Below, in pieces: positions 1 through 13,206 of a stretch of 64,000 bases of DNA (its first letter is position 1; each line of letters begins with the position of its first letter). Where the stretch lies: the NCBI RefSeq assembly GCF_003018255.1, contig NZ_CP027440.1; one strand, written 5' to 3'. The notes under the pieces are model-generated. The model saw only the letters and a program-made list of their open reading frames with translations, had not been told where the DNA came from and did no database searches. Source of the stretch: Escherichia coli. GTDB taxonomy: Bacteria; Pseudomonadota; Gammaproteobacteria; Enterobacterales; Enterobacteriaceae. The position numbers and the translations under genes are program-made.

Positions 1-921
1 AGCTTCCCGACCGATTTCGTAACGCGGCTGCGCGATGGTTGTCAGCGGCGGATCACAAAATTGCGTCAGGTCGATGTTATCAAAACCGATTATGGAAAGG
101 TCTTCCGGGACTTTCAGCCCCTGGCGTTTTGCCTGAGAAAGTGCGCCGAGCGCCATCACATCGCTATGGCAGAAGACAGCAGTAGGCGGTTGTGGAAGAT
201 CAAGCAACTGCTGCATCGCTTTGCTTCCGGCTTCGAAGGTGAAGTCGCCACGGGCGATGTATTGCGGATCAACCATAATGCCGCAGCGACGCAGCGCCTG
301 GACATAGCCTTGCAGGCGGTAGTGACACAGCGGCATCTCTTCGGGACCGGCTATACAGCCAATCCGATTATGCCCTTGCTCATATAAATAATTTACTGCA
401 TCAAATGCGGCGGTCAGATTGTCGATATGAACGGTAGGCAGCTCCAGTTCCGGTGCAAATTCGTTCGCCATCACCATCGGCGGCAGATTACGCTGTTCCT
501 CAATGCTGGCATCAAACGGCAGCCTTGAACCCAGCAGCAACATGCCATCAATTTGCTTGGTGATGATCAAATCGATAAAGGTTTTTTCCTGCTGATTTTG
601 ATGCGCACAGTCGCCAATCAGCACCAGATATCCGTGATTTGCCGCCGTAACTTCGATACCGCGAATAATTTCGCTAAAGAAGGGATCGCAGATATCCGGG
701 ACAATCACCAGAATAGTGCGGGATTCATTACGCTTGACGTTGCGCCCCATAGGCTGCGGTAAATAACCCACTTCCCGGGCCGCTTTTTCAACCCGATTAC
801 GGGTGGCCTGGGAGACTTTATCGGGATTCATTAATGCTCGGGAGACAGTCGCTGTAGAGACTTTTGCCTTGAGGGCAACGTCTTTCATGGTCGCGGCAGT
901 TTCCTGCTTCTTCGCTTTCAC
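1..921 (-). CDS. cytR: Transcriptional repressor CytR (LacI family); C-terminal ~34 codons lie beyond the window start
   Basis: Reverse-strand translation from GTG at 921 reads VKAKKQETAATMKDVALKAKVSTATVSRALMNP... (HTH of LacI family) in an open frame to position 1; not in the ORF track because the stop is outside the window. Confidence 0.85.
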   Translation of the reverse strand, partial: MKAKKQETAATMKDVALKAKVSTATVSRALMNPDKVSQATRNRVEKAAREVGYLPQPMGRNVKRNESRTILVIVPDICDPFFSEIIRGIEVTAANHGYLVLIGDCAHQNQQEKTFIDLIITKQIDGMLLLGSRLPFDASIEEQRNLPPMVMANEFAPELELPTVHIDNLTAAFDAVNYLYEQGHNRIGCIAGPEEMPLCHYRLQGYVQALRRCGIMVDPQYIARGDFTFEAGSKAMQQLLDLPQPPTAVFCHSDVMALGALSQAKRQGLKVPEDLSIIGFDNIDLTQFCDPPLTTIAQPRYEIGREA

Positions 922-1076
922 ACTCACTCCTCGCCTGGCACGTCAGGCGTACTACATCCATGTTTACTTCACATCGGCAACATTTTTAGCAGATAGCGCG
1001 TGAAAACGGTTACAGAATTTTCATGAAAAGTGTGATGAATATTGAATTTTTCGATCCGCCTCGCATCGTGAGCGCA

Positions 1077-3434
<2,358 letters not shown>

Positions 3435-3438
3435 TTAG

Positions 3439-3690
<252 letters not shown>

Positions 3691-3704
3691 GACCGGATTT
3701 CCGA

Positions 3705-3731
3705 AAAAAGCGCCGCACGGCGCTTTTTTTG
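3705..3731 (+). terminator. Rho-independent terminator downstream of rpmE
   Basis: GC hairpin aaagcgccgcacggcgcttt followed by a T-run. Confidence 0.6.
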
Positions 3732-3750
3732 TGCCTGAATTTTGGTCGTA

Positions 3751-4359
3751 TTACCAGGAAAACAGCGGCCATTCTTTGGCGACCGTGGTGAGTTGTGGCG
3801 CATCGAAAACGGCTTGTGGTGAAACTACCGTTTCCTCAAGCGGAATATTTTTGCCGTAGCGTTCTTTGAGCTTTGCCTGAACCAGCGGGTTACTAAGATC
3901 GAACTCTTTCAGCTTCTGCTGCTCGCCCACACGCATTCCCAGCGCATTCTGGTAGACCTTCCACACCACTTCCGAACAGTACTGGCGATCGTCGCTCCAC
4001 GAGAAGCTGGAGTCATACGGTTTACCGAGATAACGTTTTGCCGTTTGCGCCAGTTTTTGCTGTTGTTCAACACTCAGTCCGCCTTCAACGCGGCGAACAA
4101 CGTATTTGCCCTTTTCACCATGGGCGATCCACTGCTTGAGTGGGGTGTATTTTACCGGGCCGACCGCTTCAAAAACGTAGGGCTTTTTGTTGCGTATCAC
4201 CAGCATACCGGTGTGGCTGTAATCGGAATGGGTCGCCAGTTGGATCGCTTTACTTTGCGATGAGCGAGAGATCTGAAAGATGATGTCGCCGGTTTGTGGT
4301 TGCCAGGCAAATGCAGGCACAGAAACCAGCAGGCTGAGAATCAGTAGCCTGATTTTCAT
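3751..4359 (-). CDS. yiiX: YiiX-family putative hydrolase/peptidase (exported)
   Basis: 202-aa ORF with N-terminal signal peptide MKIRLLILSLLVSVPAFA; matches recalled YiiX length and position. Confidence 0.8.
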   Translation of the reverse strand: MKIRLLILSLLVSVPAFAWQPQTGDIIFQISRSSQSKAIQLATHSDYSHTGMLVIRNKKPYVFEAVGPVKYTPLKQWIAHGEKGKYVVRRVEGGLSVEQQQKLAQTAKRYLGKPYDSSFSWSDDRQYCSEVVWKVYQNALGMRVGEQQKLKEFDLSNPLVQAKLKERYGKNIPLEETVVSPQAVFDAPQLTTVAKEWPLFSW

Positions 4360-4418
4360 CGTTAAACGTCCATGTATGAAAAAAGCGGCTGGTTAACTCC
4401 GCGCCGCTCTTTTCCGCT

Positions 4419-4736
4419 TTAGTATTCCCACGTCTCCGGGTTAATCCCCATCTCACGCATGATCTCTTTTGCCGCCTCCGGAATTTCGTCGCTGCGCTCT
4501 TTACGCAGGTCGGCATCATCCGGCAAAGGTTGCCCGGTAAAGGCATGCAGAAACGCTTCGCACAGCAGCTCGCTGTTGGTCGCGTGACGCAGGTTGTTCA
4601 CCTGACGACGCGTGCGTTCATCGGTGAGGATTTTTAACACCTTAAGAGGAATGGAAACCGTAATTTTTTTGACTTGTTCACTCTTCTTGCCGTGCTCAGC
4701 GTATGGGCTGATATATTCGCCGCTCCATTCAGCCAT
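4419..4736 (-). CDS. metJ: Met repressor MetJ
   Basis: Track ORF 4419..4874 trimmed to [45 protein letters not shown]... (105 aa). Confidence 0.9.
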
Positions 4737-4922
4737 GAGATACTTAATCCTCTTCGTCAATAAATTGAGGCCAGACCACACAATTAATATGGGTACTGAC
4801 CGTAAACCCGCATAGTTTACCGTACAGGCGTTACCGTGACATCGTGTAATGCACCTGTCGGCGTGATAATGCATATAATTTTAACGGCTATTTGAGATTT
4901 GCTCAATCTATACGCAAAGAAG

Positions 4923-4956
4923 TTTAGATGTCCAGATGTATTGACGTCCATTAACA
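4923..4956. promoter_or_regulatory. Tandem met boxes (MetJ operator) in the metJ-metB divergent control region
   Basis: Tandem 8-bp repeats resembling AGACGTCT (tagatgtc cagatgta ttgacgtc) upstream of metB. Confidence 0.5.
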
Positions 4957-5012
4957 CAATGTTTACTCTGGTGCCTGACATTTCACCGACCAAGCCCAGG
5001 GAACTTCATCAC

Positions 5013-6173
5013 ATGACGCGTAAACAGGCCACCATCGCAGTGCGTAGCGGGTTAAATGACGACGAACAGTATGGTTGCGTTGTCCCTCCCATCCATCTTT
5101 CCAGTACCTATAACTTTACCGGATTTAATGAACCGCGCGCGCATGATTACTCGCGGCGCGGCAACCCAACGCGCGATGTGGTTCAGCGAGCGCTGGCAGA
5201 ACTGGAAGGCGGTGCTGGTGCAGTACTTACTAATACCGGCATGTCCGCGATTCACCTGGTAACGACCGTTTTTTTGAAACCTGGCGATCTGCTGGTTGCG
5301 CCGCACGACTGCTACGGCGGTAGCTATCGCCTGTTCGACAGCCTAGCGAAACGCGGTTGCTATCGCGTGTTGTTTGTTGATCAAAGCGATGAACAGGCAT
5401 TACGGGCAGCGCTGGCAGAAAAACCCAAACTGGTACTGGTAGAAAGCCCAAGTAATCCATTGTTACGCGTCGTGGATATTGCGAAAATCTGCCATCTGGC
5501 AAGGGAAGTCGGGGCGGTGAGCGTGGTGGATAACACCTTCTTAAGCCCGGCATTACAAAATCCGCTGGCATTAGGTGCCGATCTGGTGTTGCATTCATGT
5601 ACGAAATATCTGAACGGTCACTCAGACGTGGTGGCCGGCGTAGTGATTGCTAAAGACCCGGACGTTGTCACTGAACTTGCCTGGTGGGCAAACAATATTG
5701 GCGTGACGGGCGGCGCGTTTGACAGCTATCTGCTGCTGCGCGGGTTGCGAACGCTGGTGCCGCGTATGGAGCTGGCGCAGCGCAACGCGCAGGCGATTGT
5801 GAAATATCTGCAAACCCAGCCGTTGGTGAAAAAACTGTATCACCCGTCGCTGCCGGAAAATCAGGGGCATGAAATTGCCGCGCGCCAGCAAAAAGGCTTT
5901 GGCGCAATGTTGAGTTTTGAACTGGATGGCGATGAGCAGACGCTGCGTCGTTTCCTGGGCGGGTTGTCGTTGTTTACGCTGGCGGAATCATTAGGGGGAG
6001 TGGAAAGTTTAATCTCTCACGCCGCAACCATGACACATGCAGGCATGGCGCCAGAAGCGCGTGCTGCCGCCGGGATCTCCGAGACGCTGCTACGTATCTC
6101 CACCGGTATTGAAGATGGCGAAGATTTAATTGCCGACCTGGAAAATGGCTTCCGGGCTGCAAACAAGGGGTAA
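5013..6173 (+). CDS. metB: Cystathionine gamma-synthase
   Basis: Track ORF 4899..6173 trimmed to MTRKQATIAVRSGLNDDEQYG... (386 aa); PLP-enzyme family. Confidence 0.95.
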   Translation: MTRKQATIAVRSGLNDDEQYGCVVPPIHLSSTYNFTGFNEPRAHDYSRRGNPTRDVVQRALAELEGGAGAVLTNTGMSAIHLVTTVFLKPGDLLVAPHDCYGGSYRLFDSLAKRGCYRVLFVDQSDEQALRAALAEKPKLVLVESPSNPLLRVVDIAKICHLAREVGAVSVVDNTFLSPALQNPLALGADLVLHSCTKYLNGHSDVVAGVVIAKDPDVVTELAWWANNIGVTGGAFDSYLLLRGLRTLVPRMELAQRNAQAIVKYLQTQPLVKKLYHPSLPENQGHEIAARQQKGFGAMLSFELDGDEQTLRRFLGGLSLFTLAESLGGVESLISHAATMTHAGMAPEARAAAGISETLLRISTGIEDGEDLIADLENGFRAANKG

Positions 6174-6175
6174 AA

Positions 6176-8608
6176 ATGAGTGTGATTGCGCAGGCAGGGG
6201 CGAAAGGTCGTCAACTGCATAAATTTGGTGGCAGTAGTCTGGCTGATGTGAAGTGTTATTTGCGTGTCGCGGGCATTATGGCGGAGTACTCTCAGCCTGA
6301 CGATATGATGGTGGTTTCCGCCGCCGGTAGCACCACTAACCAGTTGATTAACTGGTTGAAACTAAGCCAGACCGATCGTCTCTCTGCGCATCAGGTTCAA
6401 CAAACGCTACGTCGTTATCAGTGCGATCTGATTAGCGGCCTGCTACCCGCCGAAGAAGCCGATAGCCTCATTAGCGCCTTTGTCAGCGATCTGGAACGCC
6501 TCGCGGCGCTGCTCGACAGCGGTATTAATGATGCGGTGTATGCGGAAGTGGTGGGCCACGGTGAAGTGTGGTCGGCGCGCCTGATGTCTGCGGTACTTAA
6601 TCAACAAGGGCTGCCAGCGGCCTGGCTTGATGCCCGCGAGTTTTTACGCGCTGAACGCGCCGCGCAGCCGCAGGTTGATGAAGGGCTTTCTTACCCGTTG
6701 CTGCAACAGCTACTGGTACAACATCCGGGCAAACGTCTGGTGGTGACCGGGTTTATCAGCCGTAACAACGCCGGTGAAACGGTGCTGCTGGGGCGTAACG
6801 GTTCCGACTATTCCGCGACACAAATCGGTGCGCTGGCGGGTGTTTCCCGCGTAACCATCTGGAGCGATGTCGCCGGGGTATATAGTGCCGACCCGCGTAA
6901 AGTGAAAGATGCCTGTCTGCTGCCATTGCTGCGTCTTGATGAAGCCAGCGAACTGGCGCGTCTGGCGGCCCCCGTTCTTCACGCCCGTACTTTACAGCCA
7001 GTATCCGGTAGTGAAATCGACCTGCAGCTGCGCTGTAGCTACACGCCGGATCAAGGTTCCACGCGCATTGAACGCGTGCTGGCCTCCGGTACTGGTGCGC
7101 GTATTGTCACCAGCCACGATGATGTCTGTTTGATTGAGTTTCAGGTGCCCGCCAGTCAGGATTTTAAACTGGCGCATAAAGAGATCGACCAAATCCTGAA
7201 ACGTGCTCAGGTGCGCCCACTGGCAGTTGGCGTGCATAACGATCGCCAGTTGCTGCAATTTTGCTACACCTCGGAAGTGGCCGACAGTGCGCTGAAAATC
7301 CTCGACGAAGCAGGATTACCCGGCGAACTGCGTCTGCGTCAGGGGCTGGCGCTGGTGGCGATGGTTGGGGCGGGCGTCACCCGTAACCCGCTGCATTGCC
7401 ACCGCTTCTGGCAGCAACTGAAAGGCCAGCCGGTCGAGTTTACCTGGCAGTCCGATGACGGCATCAGCCTGGTGGCAGTACTGCGCACCGGCCCGACCGA
7501 AAGCCTGATTCAGGGGCTGCATCAGTCCGTCTTCCGCGCAGAAAAACGCATCGGCCTGGTATTGTTCGGTAAGGGAAATATCGGTTCCCGCTGGCTGGAA
7601 CTGTTCGCCCGTGAGCAGAGCACGCTCTCGGCGCGCACCGGCTTTGAATTTGTGCTGGCAGGCGTGGTGGACAGCCGTCGCAGCCTGTTGAGCTATGACG
7701 GGCTGGACGCCAGCCGTGCGCTAGCCTTCTTTAATGATGAAGCCGTCGAACAGGATGAAGAGTCGCTATTCCTGTGGATGCGTGCCCATCCGTATGATGA
7801 TTTAGTTGTGCTGGACGTTACTGCCAGCCAGCAGCTTGCTGATCAGTATCTCGATTTCGCCAGCCACGGTTTCCACGTCATCAGTGCCAACAAACTGGCG
7901 GGAGCGAGCGACAGCAATAAATATCGCCAGATCCACGACGCGTTCGAAAAAACCGGGCGTCACTGGCTGTACAACGCCACCGTCGGCGCAGGTTTGCCGA
8001 TCAACCATACCGTGCGCGATCTGATCGACAGCGGCGACACTATTTTGTCGATCAGCGGGATCTTCTCCGGCACGCTCTCCTGGCTGTTCCTGCAATTCGA
8101 CGGTAGCGTGCCGTTTACTGAACTGGTGGATCAGGCGTGGCAGCAGGGCTTAACTGAACCTGACCCGCGTGATGACCTCTCCGGCAAAGATGTGATGCGC
8201 AAGCTGGTGATTCTGGCGCGTGAAGCGGGTTACAACATTGAACCGGACCAGGTGCGTGTTGAATCACTGGTGCCAACCCATTGCGAAGGTGGAAGCATCG
8301 ACCATTTCTTTGAAAATGGCGATGAACTTAATGAGCAGATGGTACAACGGTTGGAAGCGGCCCGTGAAATGGGGCTGGTGTTGCGCTACGTGGCGCGTTT
8401 CGATGCCAACGGCAAAGCGCGAGTAGGCGTGGAAGCGGTGCGAGAAGACCATCCGCTGGCATCACTACTACCGTGCGATAACGTCTTTGCCATCGAAAGC
8501 CGCTGGTATCGCGATAATCCGTTGGTGATCCGCGGGCCAGGTGCAGGGCGCGACGTCACCGCCGGGGCGATTCAGTCGGATATTAACCGTCTGGCGCAGT
8601 TGTTGTAG
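6176..8608 (+). CDS. metL: Bifunctional aspartokinase II / homoserine dehydrogenase II
   Basis: 810-aa ORF starting MSVIAQAGAKGRQLHKFGGSSLADV, 2 nt after the metB stop. Confidence 0.95.
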   Translation: MSVIAQAGAKGRQLHKFGGSSLADVKCYLRVAGIMAEYSQPDDMMVVSAAGSTTNQLINWLKLSQTDRLSAHQVQQTLRRYQCDLISGLLPAEEADSLISAFVSDLERLAALLDSGINDAVYAEVVGHGEVWSARLMSAVLNQQGLPAAWLDAREFLRAERAAQPQVDEGLSYPLLQQLLVQHPGKRLVVTGFISRNNAGETVLLGRNGSDYSATQIGALAGVSRVTIWSDVAGVYSADPRKVKDACLLPLLRLDEASELARLAAPVLHARTLQPVSGSEIDLQLRCSYTPDQGSTRIERVLASGTGARIVTSHDDVCLIEFQVPASQDFKLAHKEIDQILKRAQVRPLAVGVHNDRQLLQFCYTSEVADSALKILDEAGLPGELRLRQGLALVAMVGAGVTRNPLHCHRFWQQLKGQPVEFTWQSDDGISLVAVLRTGPTESLIQGLHQSVFRAEKRIGLVLFGKGNIGSRWLELFAREQSTLSARTGFEFVLAGVVDSRRSLLSYDGLDASRALAFFNDEAVEQDEESLFLWMRAHPYDDLVVLDVTASQQLADQYLDFASHGFHVISANKLAGASDSNKYRQIHDAFEKTGRHWLYNATVGAGLPINHTVRDLIDSGDTILSISGIFSGTLSWLFLQFDGSVPFTELVDQAWQQGLTEPDPRDDLSGKDVMRKLVILAREAGYNIEPDQVRVESLVPTHCEGGSIDHFFENGDELNEQMVQRLEAAREMGLVLRYVARFDANGKARVGVEAVREDHPLASLLPCDNVFAIESRWYRDNPLVIRGPGAGRDVTAGAIQSDINRLAQLL

Positions 8609-8621
8609 TGATTATTGAACA

Positions 8622-8648
8622 AAAGCTGGCAGTTGCCAGCTTTTGTTG
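8622..8648 (+). terminator. Rho-independent terminator after metL
   Basis: Hairpin aaaagctggcagttgccagctttt followed by a T-rich tail. Confidence 0.6.
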
Positions 8649-8824
8649 TCACCTCTAAACCACCTCCTGCGGAGGTGGTGATTGATTGTCATTTTGCCTT
8701 TGGTCAGTGCCCCGGTAATAAGGGGGCTTTTGTGTTGAGCGATGAATTCACAGTGTGAATGGTGAAGTTATTTATGACAATTACAAAATGGCATTAAGTA
8801 AAAATATCTAAAACATCACCTGAT

Positions 8825-9685
8825 TTAAAATTGATAACCAATAGTAGTATAGGTTCCCCATCCTGTGTTTTTTAATTCAAATGGACCATCTCCGAAGTTA
8901 ACTTTCTCCCCAGCATTCCATTGTCCACCGTTGTGAAAATAACGTAGTGTAAATGCAAATTTCCAGTGTTCATATAGCAGGGAAAGGATATGGCTTGAAG
9001 CAATAGCATTACTGGTTCGTTTATTATTGTGTGATTTGTCCGCAAGATCGGAGCCAAAATCAAAGTTAGTAAAACTATTGTATACCAATCGCCCTCCGAA
9101 TAAATGGGTAAGAGGAATGCTATATTTTATTTTGAATCGATATCCGTCCCATTCATTTTCATTAGCGGCACCATAGTTTTGCCACTGATACTTGGCGTAT
9201 ATATTGGCAGAAAGCTTAATTGGTAGACCCGTGTCGATATCTGTACCAAGCCCCATATACCATGTACTTTGCCGGGATGACTGGTTGTCACCCATATCAT
9301 AGACATAGTTGTTTGCAATGAACCATTCTTTAAAAGGGCCGAACGCAAGATTTAATCCGGTCAATTTGTCAATGGAAAACCGAGGTTCTATTTCCGTAAA
9401 TAGTGGTGAGCCCTCATCCCAGATCCCAACATCATAGTGACTGCCGACGCCAAAGAATTTTGGTAGATCAACATAACCATAAAAATCAAACCAGTCTTTT
9501 CTTCCTGCTACAGTATATTCAGGGTAGAGGTCGTTAGTCAGTCTTGGGCCAAAGCGAGAGTCTGTGCGACCAATGACATTCAAGCTTTGATGTAACCAGC
9601 TTTCATCAATTTTAATTTCCTGAGCGTTTCCAATGCAAGGTATTAATAGAATGGATAAAGCTATCCCGTGCTTTTTTATACACAT
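8825..9685 (-). CDS. Tsx-family nucleoside-specific outer-membrane channel paralog
   Basis: 286-aa ORF with signal peptide; long colinear blocks match recalled Tsx ([98 protein letters not shown]; C-terminal aromatic GYQF). Confidence 0.85.
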   Translation of the reverse strand: MCIKKHGIALSILLIPCIGNAQEIKIDESWLHQSLNVIGRTDSRFGPRLTNDLYPEYTVAGRKDWFDFYGYVDLPKFFGVGSHYDVGIWDEGSPLFTEIEPRFSIDKLTGLNLAFGPFKEWFIANNYVYDMGDNQSSRQSTWYMGLGTDIDTGLPIKLSANIYAKYQWQNYGAANENEWDGYRFKIKYSIPLTHLFGGRLVYNSFTNFDFGSDLADKSHNNKRTSNAIASSHILSLLYEHWKFAFTLRYFHNGGQWNAGEKVNFGDGPFELKNTGWGTYTTIGYQF

Positions 9686-9724
9686 AAATATATCTCATTA
9701 TTTATTGTTGATTTAGAGAAAAAT

Positions 9725-9752
9725 AATGCCATTCAGTGAATGAATGGCATTA
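9725..9752 (-). terminator. Hairpin terminator between the first nucleotidase gene and the Tsx-like gene
   Basis: Inverted repeat aatgccattcagtgaatgaatggcatt with T-run on the minus strand; a TATAAT-like hexamer overlaps it. Confidence 0.45.
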
Positions 9753-9763
9753 TAATTTTTTTA

Positions 9764-11383
9764 TTATTTGCTAACGTCCACCCGCATTTCATTTACCTGT
9801 GCAGGCGTAATCTTGTGGCCTTTCTTCAAATAATCGATCACGACATCGGACATGTTATTTCCGGCGCGGACCTGAACATTTTTCCCTTCTTTGAATGCCA
9901 GAAAACCATCGCCCCCCAGTGCAAGGAAAGTCGTTGTTGCAACATGGTAAATATTCGTATCAACGATCTCTTCACCATTAATTTTAAAAGATACTATGCG
10001 CTGACCTACTGGTTTCTTCGGGGTATAGCGCATTTCTGCGCCTTTTGACATTTGCAGGATGCCATTGGTAAGCGATGCCCCGTGTTCCAGTAGGTTACGC
10101 AGATCCTTACCGCTGAGATCCATTTCAGTAAGTTCATTCTTGAAGGGGAATGTACTGGTAATGTCGCCAAAGGTAATCGTGCCTGCATTTATATCCGCAC
10201 GTAAGCTGCCGGAGTTTATCAATGCAATCTGTGCAGTCGGTGCAGCGACAAGCATTGCATCGGTAAACAGGTTGCCAAGTTGCGATGACTCACCGTAGGC
10301 ACGAGTTAATGCAATCGATGATTCACCGACTGGTTGGCGTACAAGATCCGCCAGTTTTTTATTCCAGCCATTGATAACTTTTTGTGTGGTTGGATCAGGT
10401 ATCCATTCATCGGCATAAACCGTTTTCAGCTCAAAGCTCTTCACTTTATGAGTACGAGCTGTAGGGTTGACATCAAGGATTAATTTACCAATATCGATAC
10501 CGCCACTGTCAGTCGAAAGGATTAAGGTGTTGCCGACTTTGATTGGTTCTGGCGTTCCGACGTGGGCATGCCCGGTAATCAGAATATCCAATCCTTTCAC
10601 CTTGCTTGCGGTTTGAATATCTTTATCAAGAGCGCGTCTAACATCTGTATTGCCAATGCTGGACTGACGCGCCGGTACGCCTTCATGAACCAGCGCCACG
10701 GTGAGGTCAACCTTATCACGTAACTCATCGATATAATGCTGCAAATACTTCACTTCATCACGTGCTTCAATCCCCTGATTCTTGAGGGTCGCGGAAGATT
10801 TATCAAATCGGTTATTATTGTCATTATCGAGTCCCTGGAGAGAGAGCTCCGAGACCGTGTCATTAAATGCAAATACGCCGTGTAGCCCAACAATACCAAT
10901 CTTGATGCCATCTTTTTCCAGGATGGTGTAGGGCTTGTTCCAGAAGGGTTTCTCACTCTCTTTATGATAAACATTGGCTAATAAAACAGGGAAATTCGCT
11001 TTGCTTAATTGTCGGAGGGCATTATCCCAGCCATGGTCAAACTCATGATTACCGATTGATACTGCGTCAAAAGGCATGGTATTCATAATATCAATTATTG
11101 CTTCGCCCTTTGTCAGGCTACTGATATATGGCCCGGTGAAATAGTCTCCAGCATCAAAATAAAAGGTGGCTTTATTTTTGGCTTTCTCTTGTTTTACTAA
11201 CGTGGATATATTGGCAAAGCCACCAATGTCGCGTTTTCCGTCTGCGACATACGGTACTTTATAGGAATCCACATGAGCGTGAAGATCATTGGTATAAATA
11301 ATCGTGACATCCTGCGCCATAACTGAGGTCGAAAAAATAGTCAGCAATGTTGCGGCAAATAAAGTACGCTGCGCTGTTTTCAT
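9764..11383 (-). CDS. Exported bifunctional metallophosphatase/5'-nucleotidase (UshA/CpdB family), paralog A
   Basis: Signal peptide MKTAQRTLFAATLLTIFSTSVMA; metallophosphatase motifs [30 protein letters not shown] plus C-terminal 5'-nucleotidase domain. Start set at second ATG (11383), 6 nt after AAGGA; track used 11389. Confidence 0.85.
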   Translation of the reverse strand: MKTAQRTLFAATLLTIFSTSVMAQDVTIIYTNDLHAHVDSYKVPYVADGKRDIGGFANISTLVKQEKAKNKATFYFDAGDYFTGPYISSLTKGEAIIDIMNTMPFDAVSIGNHEFDHGWDNALRQLSKANFPVLLANVYHKESEKPFWNKPYTILEKDGIKIGIVGLHGVFAFNDTVSELSLQGLDNDNNNRFDKSSATLKNQGIEARDEVKYLQHYIDELRDKVDLTVALVHEGVPARQSSIGNTDVRRALDKDIQTASKVKGLDILITGHAHVGTPEPIKVGNTLILSTDSGGIDIGKLILDVNPTARTHKVKSFELKTVYADEWIPDPTTQKVINGWNKKLADLVRQPVGESSIALTRAYGESSQLGNLFTDAMLVAAPTAQIALINSGSLRADINAGTITFGDITSTFPFKNELTEMDLSGKDLRNLLEHGASLTNGILQMSKGAEMRYTPKKPVGQRIVSFKINGEEIVDTNIYHVATTTFLALGGDGFLAFKEGKNVQVRAGNNMSDVVIDYLKKGHKITPAQVNEMRVDVSK

Positions 11384-11423
11384 TCGCATTCCTTGTTAAA
11401 TAAATTGACTGATAAATGAGATT

Positions 11424-12974
11424 TTATTTGGCGACGTCCATGACTCGTTTAGTTAAGTCTGGGGTGACAGGTTTATGATTTTTGAAATAATCGATGATAG
11501 ATTCCGCCGAGGTTGTTCCCGGTATCGTCTTCACATTTTTTCCATTCAAAAATGCTTCAAAACCGTCACCACCACTGGCACAAAAGGAGTGCGTGGCAAT
11601 ACGATATGTTTGATTATCTTCCACGGGTTTGCCGTTAATGGTGAAAGAGATTAACCGTTGGTTGAGGGGTTTTTTGCTGTCATAGACAACCGCAACACTT
11701 TTAGAAACTTGTAACACACCGTTAGTTAGATTGGTTGCATGCGTCATCAATGATTTGAGATCGCGGCCCGTCAAATCCATCTCGATGAGGTCATTATTAA
11801 AGGGGAATGTGCTAATAACATCTCCCAGTGTGATATCGCCTTTAGGAAAATCAGCTCGAATCCCACCGCTATTTTGAAATCCGGCAACGGCATCAGGTGT
11901 TTTTTCCATCATTGCATCAAGAATAAGGTTGCCGGTAGAAGAGGAACTACCATACTCACGTGTTAAAACTACGGGAGAATGGCCGACAACTTCCTGTGTT
12001 ATTTTGTTAAGCTTTGCACTCCATTTATCAATAGTATTTTGAACGATGGTGTCAGGTTTAAATTGATCTGCAAAGATGGTGATTAACTCACCATTATAAC
12101 TGTCAATTTTCTTCGTTTTCGGATTGTAATCAAGCACAAGTTTTCCGATGTTGGTGCCGTATGCATCGGTAGATACAATTAATGTGTTATTAACTTTTAT
12201 TGGTTGCGGTGTTCCGACATGTGCGTGACCGGTAATTAAGACATCAACACCATTCACTTTTTTAGCTGTCTCAATATCTGCCTGTAGTAGCCGCTCCACA
12301 TCTTTACTACCAAAGCTTGATTGACGCGCCGGGACACCTTCGTGAATTAGCAAAACGGTAATGTCGACTTTACCTTTTAATTCTGCAAGTGCTTTATTTA
12401 AATATTTAATTTCGTCTCTGGCTTCTACGCCTTCACGTGCTTTTGCCGCGACTGTATCATAGAAAGCGAATGCGCCATGCAATCCAATCACACCAATCTT
12501 TAAACCATCTTTTTCGATAATGGTCCACGGATGATCCCAAACTGGTTTATTCGTATCGGTGTAGTAGATATTTCCCAGCAGAATGGGGAATTTTGCTTTT
12601 GATAACTGAGACACCATATTGGGCACACCGTGATCGAACTCGTGATTACCAACAGACACCGCATCAAAGGGCATAGTGTTCATGATATCAATAATAGCCT
12701 CACCTTTGGTCAGGGTGCTGATATACGGCCCGGTAAAATAGTCGCCTGCATCAAAGAAAAACACATCTTTGCTTTTTTTCTTCGCTTCATTAACGATGCC
12801 TGAAATATTAGCCATACCACCTATAAGTCTGTTCTTATCAACAGCGATGATTTTTGCTGGATTGACATGTGCGTGAATGTCATTCGTATAATAAATAGTA
12901 ACGTCCTGAGCTAGAACACTGTGAGAAAATATCACGCCGAATATGACTGATAATGTTGTAAATACAGTTTTCAT
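11424..12974 (-). CDS. Exported bifunctional metallophosphatase/5'-nucleotidase (UshA/CpdB family), paralog B
   Basis: Signal peptide MKTVFTTLSVIFGVIFSHSVLA; motifs [30 protein letters not shown]; AGGAGG SD just upstream (alternative start 12977). Only 34 bp from paralog A, so probably co-transcribed. Confidence 0.85.
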   Translation of the reverse strand: MKTVFTTLSVIFGVIFSHSVLAQDVTIYYTNDIHAHVNPAKIIAVDKNRLIGGMANISGIVNEAKKKSKDVFFFDAGDYFTGPYISTLTKGEAIIDIMNTMPFDAVSVGNHEFDHGVPNMVSQLSKAKFPILLGNIYYTDTNKPVWDHPWTIIEKDGLKIGVIGLHGAFAFYDTVAAKAREGVEARDEIKYLNKALAELKGKVDITVLLIHEGVPARQSSFGSKDVERLLQADIETAKKVNGVDVLITGHAHVGTPQPIKVNNTLIVSTDAYGTNIGKLVLDYNPKTKKIDSYNGELITIFADQFKPDTIVQNTIDKWSAKLNKITQEVVGHSPVVLTREYGSSSSTGNLILDAMMEKTPDAVAGFQNSGGIRADFPKGDITLGDVISTFPFNNDLIEMDLTGRDLKSLMTHATNLTNGVLQVSKSVAVVYDSKKPLNQRLISFTINGKPVEDNQTYRIATHSFCASGGDGFEAFLNGKNVKTIPGTTSAESIIDYFKNHKPVTPDLTKRVMDVAK

Positions 12975-13017
12975 CATCCCTCCTGGATAGGGTGTGTTAC
13001 ATTTGTTGAATTATTTA

Positions 13018-13040
13018 AATAAAAGACACATCGTGTCTTA
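13018..13040 (-). terminator. Hairpin terminator downstream of the cysteine-rich protein gene
   Basis: aaagacacatcgtgtctt hairpin with T-tract on the minus strand, in an AT-rich spacer. Confidence 0.4.
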
Positions 13041-13206
13041 TTTTATGTAAGCATAGTTCAGAAAAGTATTGTGTGATCTTAGTAACAAATAATGTTATTA
13101 ATTAAACATTGACCATGATTATATTTCACGGTCATACATTTATATATTTAATTAAATGAAAGGTAGTGTTCTCTCTTAATTTATGGTCGTTTGTCGAGTG
13201 TATTGA

